Counted from the stretch's first letter, positions 1 to 10,848 are shown. The stretch is 64,000 nt of DNA from Macrostomum hystrix (GCA_950097015.1 CATNEN010000005.1:6057418-6121417), one strand, 5' to 3'. Program-made: numbers and translations. The notes: generated from the letters alone by a model not told the origin.

Positions 1-1451
1 GAACTGAGAGGGATGAGAGTGAGGAACTGAGAGGGATGAGAGTGAGGAACTCAGAGGGATGAGAGTGAGGAACTGAGAAGGATGAGAGTGAGGAACTGAG
101 AGGGATGAGAGTGAGGAACAGAGAGGGATGAGAGTGAGGAACTGAGAGGGATGAGAGTGAGCAACTGAGAGGATGAGAGTGAGGAACTGAGAGGGATGAG
201 AGTGAGCAACTGAGAGGGATGAGAGTGAGGAACTGAGAGGGATGAGAGTGAGGAACTGAGAAGGATGAGAGTGAGGAACTGAGAAGGATGAGAGTGAGGA
301 ACTGAGAGGGATGAGAGTGAGGAACTGAGAGGGATGAGAGTGAGGAACTCAGAGGGATGAGAGTGAGGAACTGAGAGGGATGAGAGTGAGGAACTGAGAG
401 GGATGAGAGTGAGGAACTGAGAGGGATGAGAGTGAGGAACTGAGAGGGATGAGAGTGAGGAACTGAGAGGGATGAGAGTGAGGAACTGAGAGGGATGAGA
501 GTGAGGAACTGAGAGGGATGAGAGTGAGGAACTGAGAGGGATGAGAGTGAGGAACTGAGAGGGATGAGAGTGAGGAACTGAGAGGGATGAGAGTGAGGAA
601 CTGAGAAGGATGAGAGTGAGGAACTGAGAGGGATGAGAGTGAGGAACTGAGAGGGATGAGAGTGAGGAACTGAGAGGGATGAGAGTGAGGAACTGAGAGG
701 GATGAGAGTGAGCAACTGAGAGGATGAGAGTGAGGAACTGAGAGGGATGAGAGTGAGGAACTGAGAGGGATGAGAGTGAGGAACTGAGAGGGATGAGAGT
801 GAGGTACACGGAGGGGATGAGAGTGAGGTACACAGAGGGGATGAGAGTGAGGTACACAGAGGGGATGAGAGTGAGGTACACAGAGGGGATGAGAGTGAGG
901 TACACAGAGGGGATGAGAGTGAGGTACACAGAGGGGATGAGAGTGAGGAACTGAGATGGATTAGAGTGAGGAACTGAGAGGGATGAGAGTGAGGAACCGA
1001 GAGGACATTGGAGTGAGGAACAGAGAGGGATGAGAGTGAGGAACTGAGAGGGATGAGAGTGAGGAACTGAGAGGGATGAGAGTGAGGAACTGAGAGGGAT
1101 GAGAGTGAGGAACTGAGAGGGATGAGAGTGAGGTACACGGAGGGGATGAGAGTGAGGTACACAGAGGGGATGAGAGTGAGGTACACAGAGGGGATGAGAG
1201 TGAGGAACTGAGAGTGATGAGAGTGAGGAACTGAGAGGGATGAGAGTGAGGAACTGAGAGGGATGAGAGTGAGGTACACAGAGGGGATGAGAGTGAGGTA
1301 CACAGAGGGGATGAGAGTGAGGTACACAGAGGGGATGAGAGTGAGGTACACAGAGGGGATGAGAGTGAGGAACTGAGATGGATTAGAGTGAGGAACTGAG
1401 AGGGATGAGAGTGAGGAACCGAGAGGACATTGGAGTGAGGAACAGAGAGGG
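1..1451. repeat. Purine-rich 23/24-bp minisatellite (GAACTGAGAGGGATGAGAGTGAG; variant GTACACAGAGGGGATGAGAGTGAG), about 60 copies, truncated by the window start
   Basis: Direct tandem periodicity. A marker block (CTGAGATGGATTAGAGTG...GAACCGAGAGGACATTGGAG) occurs at about 951-1030 and again at 1371-1451. Confidence 0.98.
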
Positions 1452-1581
1452 TGATGTGAGGTGGAGATGTGGGACTTGGGAACAGGGTTAAAACTTTAGC
1501 AAATTTTCAAGATTAGATATTTCATTTCTAATATTAGCTATTTCATTATTCTACTATTATTTATTTTATATATTATTAGCT

Positions 1582-1595
1582 GTTGCTATGGTAAA
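1582..1595 (+). promoter_or_regulatory. X-box-like (RFX) motif GTTGCTATGGTAAA, about 550 bp upstream of the TRP start codon
   Basis: 13/14 match to the X-box form GTTGCTATGGTAAC, in AT-rich upstream sequence. Motif match only. Confidence 0.35.
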
Positions 1596-2057
1596 ATTAT
1601 TTAACGAAAAATACATTACTTGTGCACCCAGCAATACGGTGTCAGGCAATAATTGTACCTGACAATTATTTACTAAAAAACTGCACCAATTTTGGATCTC
1701 AATGTTATATTCTAATTTACCATTAAACTCAATAAAAGGTTGATGAGCACAGGCTGGATAGAGGAATGTGGATCCAGAATAGGGAGATAGGGAGAATGCA
1801 GAATGGGAAGACAGGAACGGAAGGAGGATGTCTGGGAGATTCAATAGCGGGATTAAGAAGGTGATAAGCGGTACACGCATGAATGTGTTCAAATTTTTAA
1901 TGTCTTGTAATTTCAAAACATTTTCATTAATTGCCTTTTTTAATTAACAGCAAGTGCAGCAGCATTTCAAGTACACGAATAAGAAATTTATTGTTTCTAA
2001 CGTGCCTCACTTGTCACTATTGACCTGACACGGCCAAAATAAGTCTGTGTCTTCAGT

Positions 2058-2081
2058 TTTCTAACGTTCTTCTTTTTTCAG
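2058..2081 (+). promoter_or_regulatory. 3' splice (or SL trans-splice) acceptor in the 5' UTR of the TRP gene
   Basis: CTAAC branch-point-like motif, pyrimidine tract and CAG (TTCTAACGTTCTTCTTTTTTCAG ending at 2081). An in-frame TAG at 2115-2117 precedes the ATG at 2136. Confidence 0.6.
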
Positions 2082-2135
2082 CCAAAAAAGTCTTCTGAGA
2101 AAAATTTCACGGACTAGGAAGAGAAGCAAGGGTTC

Positions 2136-5100
2136 ATGGACACCAATGCTAGCGTCCGTGGACCGGAAGATGCCGGATCAGAGGACCGGGAACTCGAGGA
2201 TGCAGAATCGCCGGTCTCTACGTGGGAAGACAGTGCAGAATCAATGAGTCAGAGAAGTGAGTCGGACTCAACTTTCTCTCTGCTGTGCGAAGAAAACTTC
2301 TTAATGTACCAAGAGCCAGAGTTGCTAGTTTTCTTCTGGGACATCAAGCACGGAGGTGTTGAAAATAGTCTGCGCAATGACCTTCTTCGAGCCATAGACA
2401 GCAGCGACTCTGAGGAGCTGAGCAGAATATCAGACAGAATCAGAAAAGGACTTCAAGACGATGATGATGCAGAAGTGAAAGTGCTGCTGCTTATGTCAGC
2501 CGCCGAGCCAGAGCTGGAACTGCTGCAGTTCTTGACTGAAAGACACGCCGACTCATGCCTGCAGGCGCGGGGTTTATCAGCTAACAACATGCTGCACTTT
2601 GTGTGCGGATGCAACAACTCAGATTCAGCAACTGCAGCCTTGGAGCTGATCTATAACAGAGTGGGCAAACAGCTGGTCAAGGAGGTCAACAACTCAAAGC
2701 AGCTGCCTGTACACATCGCAGCTAAAAACAGCAAGAATCCTGCAGTGTTTCTCTGGCTCATTTCCACCGTCGAGGACAAGAATCTGTTTTTCGTTCAAGA
2801 CGACGACGGCTACAGTGCTGTTAGCCTCGCATTTGAGAAGCAGAATTTGGACACACTCAAACAAGTGACTGAGAAGCTTGGTCTGGCGGAGTGCCTGGCG
2901 GCAAAAACTGCCAAAAATGAAAATATTTGCCTTCTAGCCGCATTCAATACAGCCAATCCTGCAGTGTTTCTCTGGCTCATTTCCACCGTCGAGGATAAAA
3001 ATATGTTTTTCGGTCACGATGATGACGGCTACAGTGCTGTTAGCATCGCATTTGAGAAGCTGAACTTGGACACACTCAAACAAGTGACTGAGAAGCTTGG
3101 TCTGGCGGAGTGCCTGGCGGCAAAAACTGCCAAAAATCAAAATATTTGCCTTCGAGCCGCATTCAATACAGCCAATCCTGCAGTGTTTCTCTGGCTCATT
3201 TCCATCGTCCAGGACAAGAATCTGTTTTTCATTCAAGACGATGACGGCTACAGTGCTGTTAGCATAGCATTTGATCAGCTGAACTTGGACACACTCAAAC
3301 AAGCGACTGAGAAGCTTGGTCTGGCGGAGTGCCTGGCGGCAAAAACTGCCAAAAATGAAAATATTTGCCTTCCAGCCGCAGCGAATTCAGCCAATCCTGC
3401 AGTGTTTCTCTGGCTCATTTCCACCGTCGAGGATAAGAATCAGTTTTTCGTTCAAGACGATGACGGCTACAGTGCTGTTAGCATAGCATTTGATCAGCTG
3501 AACTTGGACACACTCAAACAAGCGACTGAGAAGCTTGGTCTGGCGGAGTGCCTGGCGGCAAAAACTGCCAAAAATCAAAATATTTGCAAAAGAGCCGCAT
3601 TCAATTCAGACAATCCTTCAGTGTTTCTCTGGCTCATTTCCACCGTCGAGGACAAGAATCTGTTTTTCGTTCAAGACGATGACGGCTACAGTGCTGTTAG
3701 CACTGCATTTTTTAAGCAGAATTTGTACACTCTCAAACAAGTGACTGAGAAGCTTGGTCTGGCGGAGTGCCTGGCGGCAAAAACTGCCAAAAATGAAAAT
3801 ATTTGCCTTCGAGCCGCAGCGAATTCAGCCAATCCTGCAGTGTTTCTCTGGCTCATTTCCACCGTCGAGGACAAGAAACTGTTTTTCGTTCAAGACGATG
3901 ACGGCGACAGTGCTGTTAGCATAGCGTTTCTATATCAGAACTTGGAAACTCTCAAACAAGTGACTGAGAAGCTTGGTCTGGCGGAGTGCCTGGCGGCAAA
4001 AACTGCCAAAAATCAAAATATTTGCCTTCCAGCCGCAGCGAATTCAGCCAATCCTGCAGTGTTTCTCTGGCTCATTTCCACCGTCGAGGATAAGAATCAG
4101 TTTTTCGTTCAAGACGATGACGGCTACAGTGCTGTTAGCATAGCATTTGATCAGCTGAACTTGGACACACTCAAACAAGCGACTGAGAAGCTTGGTCTGG
4201 CGGAGTGCCTGGCGGCAAAAACTGCCAAAAATCAAAATATTTGCAAAAGAGCCGCATTCAATTCAGACAATCCTTCAGTGTTTCTCTGGCTCATTTCCAC
4301 CGTCGAGGACAAGAATCTGTTTTTCGTTCAAGACGATGACGGCTACAGTGCTGTTAGCACTGCATTTTTTAAGCAGAATTTGTACACTCTCAAACAAGTG
4401 ACTGAGAAGCTTGGTCTGGCGGAGTGCCTGGCGGCAAAAACTGCCAAAAATGAAAATATTTGCCTTCGAGCCGCAGCGAATTCAGCCAATCCTGCAGTGT
4501 TTCTCTGGCTCATTTCCACCGTCGAGGACAAGAAACTGTTTTTCGTTCAAGACGATGACGGCGACAGTGCTGTTAGCATAGCATTTGATCAGCTGAACTT
4601 GGACACACTCAAACAAGCGACTGAGAAGCTTGGTCTGGCGGAGTGCCTGGCGGCAAAAACTGCCAAAAATGAAAATATTTGCCTTCGAGCCGCATTCAAT
4701 TCAGACAATCCTTCAGTGTTTCTCTGGCTCATTTCCACCGTCGAGGACAAGAATCTGTTTTTCGTTCAAGACGATGACGGCTACAGTGCTGTTAGCACCG
4801 CATTTTATAAGCAGAACTTGGACACACTCAAACAAGCGACTGAGAAGCTTGGTCTGGCGGAGTGCCTGGCGGCAAAAACTGCCAAAAATCAAAATATTTG
4901 CCTTCGAGCCGCAGCGAATTCAGCCAATCCTGCAGTGTTTCTCTGGCTCATTTCCATCGTCGAGGACAACAATCTGTTTTTCGGTCACGATGATGACGGC
5001 TACAGTGCTGTTAGCATAGCGTTTCGATATCAGAACTTGGACACACTCAAACAAGTGACTGAGAAGCTTGGTCTGGCGGAGTGCCTGGCGGCAAAAACTG

Positions 5101-8100
5101 CCAAAAATGAAAATATTTGTCTTGTAGCCGCATTCAATACAGACAATCCTGCAGTGTTTCTCTGGCTCATTTCTATCGTCGAGGACAACAATCTGTTTTT
5201 CGGTCACGATGATGACGGCTACAGTGCTGTTAGCACTGCATTTTTTAAGCAGAACTTGGACACTCTCAAACAAGTGACTGAGAAGCTTGGTCTGGCGGAG
5301 TGCCTGGCGGCAAAAACTGCCAAAAATCAAAATATTTGCCTTCCAGCCGCAGCGAATTCAGCCAATCCTGCAGTGTTTCTCTGGCTCATTTCCACCGTCG
5401 AGGATAAGAATCAGTTTTTCGTTCAAGACGATGACGGCGAAAGTGCTGTTAGCTCGGCATTTTGGGAGCTGACCTTTCTCACACTCAAACAAGTGACTGA
5501 GAAGCTTGGTCTGGCGGAGTGCCTGGCGGCAGAAAATGCCAAAGGTCAATGTAGTTTGCATGCAGCGGCCTGGAACAGAGAGAATCCAGCCTTATTTCGA
5601 TGGCTCATTTCCATCGTCGAGGACAAGAAACTCTTCTTTGCAAAGGCACCAGGTGATTTCGGAAGCAATGCCGTCAGTTATGCCTTTTATCGTCAAGGGT
5701 TGGTCACAGTGAAGCTTTTGACAGACCGTTTTGGACTCAGCGAGTGTTTGAGCTGCATTGACAATCTAAATCGGGATTTGTTTTATCATTCCATTCTGAA
5801 CAGCGCGAACCCGGGAGTATTTCCCTGGCTTCTCGAGCAGGTCTCCCAGCAATGTCCAGACAAGAAGTCCAGAATTTTCGAGTTGGATTCCAACGGCAAC
5901 ACTCTGCTTCATGCACTGTTTAGGAAGGTTGATTTGTTCGGCGATGTTGATGCGCTTGCAGTGCTGATCGGCCGCATAAACTTTCTTTTTGAAAATGAAG
6001 TTGATCCAAGAAAAGAAAACAAATTCAGACTCAACTGTCTGCTTGCCGCTGAATCCAGTGCTGACAATCTCAATCGTCTTTTGCGAGCTCTTCAAAGATC
6101 AGCGCATTTGGATATCTTCAGAAATCTGCAAAGAAACTCGGAGGGCCTTCATGCAGCTCATGTCTTCTGCACTCGCTACGAGCTCCGAGTTATCGAGAAC
6201 GATTTGAGCAAGCTGTGTGGTCTCAGTCCTGACGAGCTCCTTGCAGTCCGAGTTTCTGACGGACCGCTGAAGGATGCAACTTGTCTGCACTTTGCCTGCG
6301 AATCCGGTCACAAGTTGAACATCGAATACCTTCTAAAGAAAGGACGGAAGCTGGAAGATGAGACAGACGCCGGGCAGACGAGTGTCGACTTTGCCTGCAA
6401 CAAGGCGAAGCTCGAGAATGTTTTGGATGTTGCAGAGAAGTCAGTTGGTCTCGGAAAACTGCTCAAGCTGGTTGATCCAACGAAGCGAGCTCTGAACCTT
6501 CCGGACGTTCAGAGCGCCCGAGGTCACCTGACTCGATTCAACGACTCATCGCTGAAGGCCAGCATTGAGGATGATAAATCCAGACGACAGACGAGAGGCA
6601 AGGAAGCCGGTGGGATGAAAAACGAGAGTCTGCAGGCCGGACACGGAGCTGACAGCATTTCAAAGTCCGAGGATTCGCCAGAAGTGAAAATGCTGTTCAG
6701 AGCATTCGAGCTCGACTCAAGTGAGATGCTCCGCAGCTTGATCAGTTTGGGCTTCGCCATCGATGAGATCGATGACCAGTTCTCCAGGCATGTCTTAAAG
6801 CAAATTGGCAATGGGCGGGAAAGCAGTAAGTCTCCTACAATAGCCAAGCTTCAAAAGTACTTCTCCTCAGAAGAAAGAGATTCTGAAGCTCTCATGCTGA
6901 TGGAGTACGCAGTGCTGCTCGAGAAGCCGAAGCTGCTCAATGACCTGATGCTTCTGCCACAGTTTGACATCATCCCACAGACTTTGAGGCTGCTGGTTTA
7001 TCTCAAGCCCAGAGTGAAGTCGAGCAATGTTGAGAATCTGAAAAAAGTGCAAGCTCTAGCCTTGAACATTGTCGTCAATGTTCTGGAGCACCTCTACGTG
7101 AATGCTGATGAAGAAGAGCGGAATCTTGTTTTCGACTACCTGAGTGGCTCATTTATGGTGTCAGACGGGCATCCTCAGGTTCGAGGTCCGAGGTTCCCGC
7201 CACCATTGGATTATCTTACCAGACCAATTTCAAACGATAAAACTGATCACGAAAAAGTGAGCAAAGATGCGAAGACACCAAAAAAGCCATCAGAAAAGAA
7301 GTCTGCAGCTGCAGTGATGTCAGTGATGGATCTGGTGCAGACCCTGGACTGTGACGATGTGTTTGCCACTGACTGCATCAGCCAGTTGGTGGATCAGCAG
7401 TGGAACAAGGCTCCACCGTTGCCCTGGAGCAGTCCTGCACGCTGCTGCTCATGCAACATACCGCAAAAGGTGACAATTAAACAGCGGTTCTTCATCCACT
7501 CTGCTTTTTTCCTGGTCTTTCTGCTCTACTTTGCATGGTACGTGACGGATTTCAGTCGGACAAAGCAGTCTCCGATTCTAGACGTCGTCCTGTTGGCCTA
7601 CGCGCTGTCCTTCACTCTGCAGGAAGTCAACGACTTGCTGAACAAGCTGTCTATGAAGGACATACGAATTTTCAGAATGCACATGAGATGTCCTCGCTAC
7701 TTCACCGACTTCTTCAACTACTTTGACATGCTCGGCCTGCTGCTGATGTGGGCGGGGCTGGTCCTGAAGCTGCTTGGCCGGCTGAGCGACCCCAGCCTCA
7801 TGCGCAGCTCTCAGGTCGTCCTCAGCGTCTCGTTCCTGTTCCTGGGATTCCGCTCCGTGGCCCTGCTCAGCTACTTCAAGGTCACTGGGCCGAACATCAA
7901 TATGCTGAAGAGCTTGCTGTTCAAAGACCTGCTGCCATTCTTGATCATCATGCTGGTTCTGATCTTCTCATTTGGCATTTTCTTCTTCAACCTGCTGTTC
8001 CCGGCCTTCTCAGACCTGACAGACGTCCTGGCTCTCGTGAAGATTTTCACAACGCCCCTGGCGCTGGCCTTAAGCATCTTTGAGCTCTCGCTGTTCGAGT

Positions 8101-8450
8101 CGTGCAACTCCAGCAGTCTCGCGACCGGACAGACCTGTGCGGACAGTGGAGGCAACCAGGTGTACAGCCTATTCCTGATGTTCGTGTACGTCTTGCTGGT
8201 AAACATTGTGATGTTCAACCTGCTGATCGCACTGTTCAACCGCACCGTGACAGCGATGGCCAGCAGGGCGGAGGTTCTGTGGCGCAAGAATCTGTTCGAG
8301 CTGCTGGAGGAGTTCGCAGAGGTCAGTCCGGTTCCGCCGCCGCTGTCGTTCCCGCTCTACGCCTGGAAACTGCTGCGGAGGTGCCGCCCTTCGCACTGCC
8401 GACCCTGCGCTGGCAAAGTCGGTCCTTCTGACGGCTCTGAGAGAAGCAAG
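2136..8450 (+). CDS. Exon 1 (2105 codons) of an ankyrin-repeat-containing TRP cation channel with a TRPM-like membrane core
   Basis: 6.3-kb stop-free ORF. Ankyrin motifs (LPVHIAAKN, GNTLLHALF, ATCLHFACESGH, GQTSVDFAC). Pre-S1 DVFATDCISQLVDQQW, six hydrophobic segments, S6 LLVNIVMFNLLIALFN, TRP-box-like LWRKNLFELLEEF and PVPPPLS. Strong donor AAG|GTAAGA at 8450/8451. Confidence 0.93.
2739..5585 (+). repeat. Coding tandem repeat: 13 x 219 bp (73 aa = two ankyrin repeats), followed by a degenerate 14th unit
   Basis: CCT(G/T)CAGTGTTTCTCTGG recurs at 2739, 2958, 3177 ... 5367 with an exact 219-bp period. A degenerate copy starts at 5586. Confidence 0.98.
7480..8360 (+). other. TRP channel S1-S6, pore and TRP domain coding region
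   Basis: S1 RFFIHSAFFLVFLLYFAWYV, S2-S3 YFTDFFNYFDML, S4-S5 FRSVALLSYFKVTGPNINMLKSLLFKDLLPFL, S6 and TRP helix. The layout matches established TRPM-type motifs (GP..I...M.KD; NLLIAMFN; WKFQR..LI.EY..RP.LPPP). Confidence 0.9.
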
Positions 8451-8855
8451 GTAAGAGGCCTGGTGGACTGAGGGACTGACTCTGTTACTCACAGATGATA
8501 AATGGTCTGAATATATAGCCCTTAGATTCATTCAGACAATGACCGAATCCAATTTTCAATTGCAAGAACTGATTGTGTGTACATGAATGCAAATGGCTTT
8601 GTAGCAAAGACATGCTCAGATTATAGTAAGCTGGGGCTGGTCATGAAACTCTTGAGGACTGATTAACAGTAGAAGCAAGGTGAGAGGCCTGGTGAGCGCA
8701 GGTGAACTGAGGGGCTGACTATGTTTACTCATATAGGCACTAGATTCAGTCAGACGATGACCGAATCCAATTTGAATGGAAATAACTGGTTGTGTGCACA
8801 TGATTGCAAATAAGCTCATGTTTCAAGGCGCTCTTCCTCACGGCTTCCGTTCCAG
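8451..8855 (+). other. Phase-0 GT-AG intron (405 bp) containing a degenerate duplicate of its own 5' end
   Basis: Begins GTAAGA and ends CTCTTCCTCACGGCTTCCGTTCCAG. Splicing preserves the reading frame into a coiled-coil exon. Confidence 0.8.
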
Positions 8856-9140
8856 CCGTGGTGGACGAACCGGAGCGACTTCAGCGGCTACCCCGAAGAC
8901 TTCAAGCGCTTCCTGATCTTCCAGGCCGAGCAGCTCCGGCAGCAGCGGCCACGGCTGCAGCGGGCGGTCGAGCGGCACAAGGGGGACGTCGATGTGCTGA
9001 AGGCGCACGTGGAGAACCAGGTCAAGGACCTGCGGGAGGAACTGCGGAATGAGATGAAAGAAAACTTCGAGAACCTGCAGCAGCAAATGTCGCAGGTGAT
9101 GAGCATTCTGCAGCAACTGCAGCAGCAGCGTCAGCAGTGA
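8856..9140 (+). CDS. Exon 2 (94 aa + stop): C-terminal coiled coil of the TRP channel (PWWTNRSDFSGYPEDFKRFLIFQAEQLR...LREELRNEMKENFENLQQQMSQVMSILQQLQQQRQQ*)
   Basis: 285 nt, open in frame from the acceptor to TGA at 9138-9140. GC3-rich like the membrane-domain codons. Heptad-like E/Q/L pattern expected for a TRPM-type tetramerisation coil. Missing from the ORF track in this frame because it has no leading ATG. Confidence 0.82.
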   Translation, partial: PWWTNRSDFSGYPEDFKRFLIFQAEQLRQQRPRLQRAVERHKGDVDVLKAHVENQVKDLREELRNEMKENFENLQQQMSQVMSILQQLQQQRQQ

Positions 9141-9835
9141 CCATGCGACTTCAGCATGGTTTTCTCTTTACAAAGCATCCTTGACTGCTTTCAGTCCTCC
9201 AAATCAATGCAGCGCGCCTTAAACAGGCAATTCTTCATTTGCTGGGCTCTTGTTTATCGCCTTAGATCTGTTTAAGAACTATTTCACCAACAGAAGATTT
9301 TCAATATGCAACTTTTAATTCATCGAGATTTCGCTACCACTGTTTTAACTGACAATTAATTACAATTACCATCATACTTAATTTAACTGAATTTAATTTA
9401 AAATAGAAGTTCTTGGAAGATAACTACTTGTACGAGCCGTATATCAAAAAACTATATTTGCTTGCTTTTTACTCGATTTGTTCGGTATTTTAAACTATTC
9501 CATTTTTCGAACTTTGTTGAGGTACCTCTGTGCGTTGAATTTATAATTCAGAAACTGCCTTCAACATTGACAATGCTTTTGTGCCATCACGCTTCACTTT
9601 CTACAATTTTCTAGAGTCTTGAAATGCTTGCTGAATTTCTTGTGCTCACTGGCACCTCAGTGTGCTCAAGCCCCACTCTGAGCTCGTGTCCGCTTTTACT
9701 TGAGTACTTAACAAGCTTTCGTATATTTTCTGGTACTTTTTGGTGATGACAAAGAAACATTTCCTTGCTGATGAAATTTACAGCTTCTCAAACTCGGGCA
9801 GATTGAGCACTGATTGACAGTTTGATCGAGTAATG

Positions 9836-10848
9836 AGTCTAGAATCCCCTGTGCAAAGCAGTCTAGAATCCCCTGTACAAAGCAGTCTAGAATCCCCTGT
9901 GCAAAGCAGTCTAGAATCCCTTGTGCAAAGCAGTCTAGAATCCGCTGTGTGAGCAGTCTAGAATCCCTTGTGCAAAGCAGTCTAGAATCCCCTGTGCAAA
10001 GCAGTCTAGAATCCCTTGTGCAAAGCAGTCTAGAATCCCCTGGGTGAGCAGTCTAGAATCCCCTGTGCAAAGCAGTCTAGAATCCGCTGTGTGAACAGTC
10101 TAGAATCCCTTGTGCAAAGCAGTCTAGAATCCCCTGTGCAAAGCAGTCTAGAATCCCTTGTGCAAAGCAGTCTAGAATCCCCTGGGTGAGCAGTCTAGAA
10201 TCCCCTGTGCAAAGCAGTCTAGAATCCCTTGTGCAAAGCAGTCTAGAATCCCTTGTGCAAAGCAGTCTAGAATCCCCTGTGCAAAGCAGTCTAGAATCCC
10301 CTGTGCAAAGCAGTCTAGAATCCCCTGTGCAAAGCAGTCTAGAATCCCTTGTGCAAAGCAGTCTAGAATCCCTTGTGCAAAGCAGTCTAGAATCCCCTGT
10401 GCAAAGCAGTCTAGAATCCCCTGTGCAAAGCAGTCTAGAATCCCCTGTGCAAAGCAGTCTAGAATCCCCTGGGTGAGCAGTCTAGAATCCCCTGTGCAAA
10501 GCAGTCTAGAATCCCTTGTGCAAAGCAGTCTAGAATCCCTTGTGCAAAGCAGTCTAGAATCCGCTGTGTGAGCAGTCTAGAATCCCCTGTGCAAAGCAGT
10601 CTAGAATCCCCTGTGCAAAGCAGTCTAGAATCCCCTGTGCAAAGCAGTCTAGAATCCCCTGGGTGAGCAGTCTAGAATCCCCTGTGCAAAGCAGTCTAGA
10701 ATCCCTTGTGCAAAGCAGTCTAGAATCCCCTGTGCAAAGCAGTCTAGAATCCCCTGTGCAAAGCAGTCTAGAATCCCCTGTGCAAAGCAGTCTAGAATCC
10801 CCTGTCCAAAGCAGTCTAGAATCCCCTGTGGAAAGCAGTCCAGAATCC
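9836..10848. repeat. 24-bp minisatellite AGTCTAGAATCCCCTGTGCAAAGC (with 23-bp variants), about 42 copies
   Basis: Direct tandem periodicity. An XbaI site (TCTAGA) is present in almost every unit. Confidence 0.98.

Noticed and set aside
51-929. 292-aa minus-strand ORF (LTLIPSVY / HSHPSQF repeats)
   Set aside because: Translation of the 23/24-bp satellite; stop-free by unit composition only.
1566-1916. 116-aa minus-strand ORF
   Set aside because: No recognisable domain; it arises from a purine-rich patch and AT-rich upstream DNA.
2934-5712. Multiple short antisense and alternative-frame ORFs over the ankyrin array
   Set aside because: Shadows of the 219-bp coding repeat; they recur with the repeat period.
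8804-9116. ORF-track entries 8804-9052 (+), 8838-9116 (-) and 8888-9106 (-)
   Set aside because: Wrong frame or strand; the supported reading is spliced exon 8856-9140.
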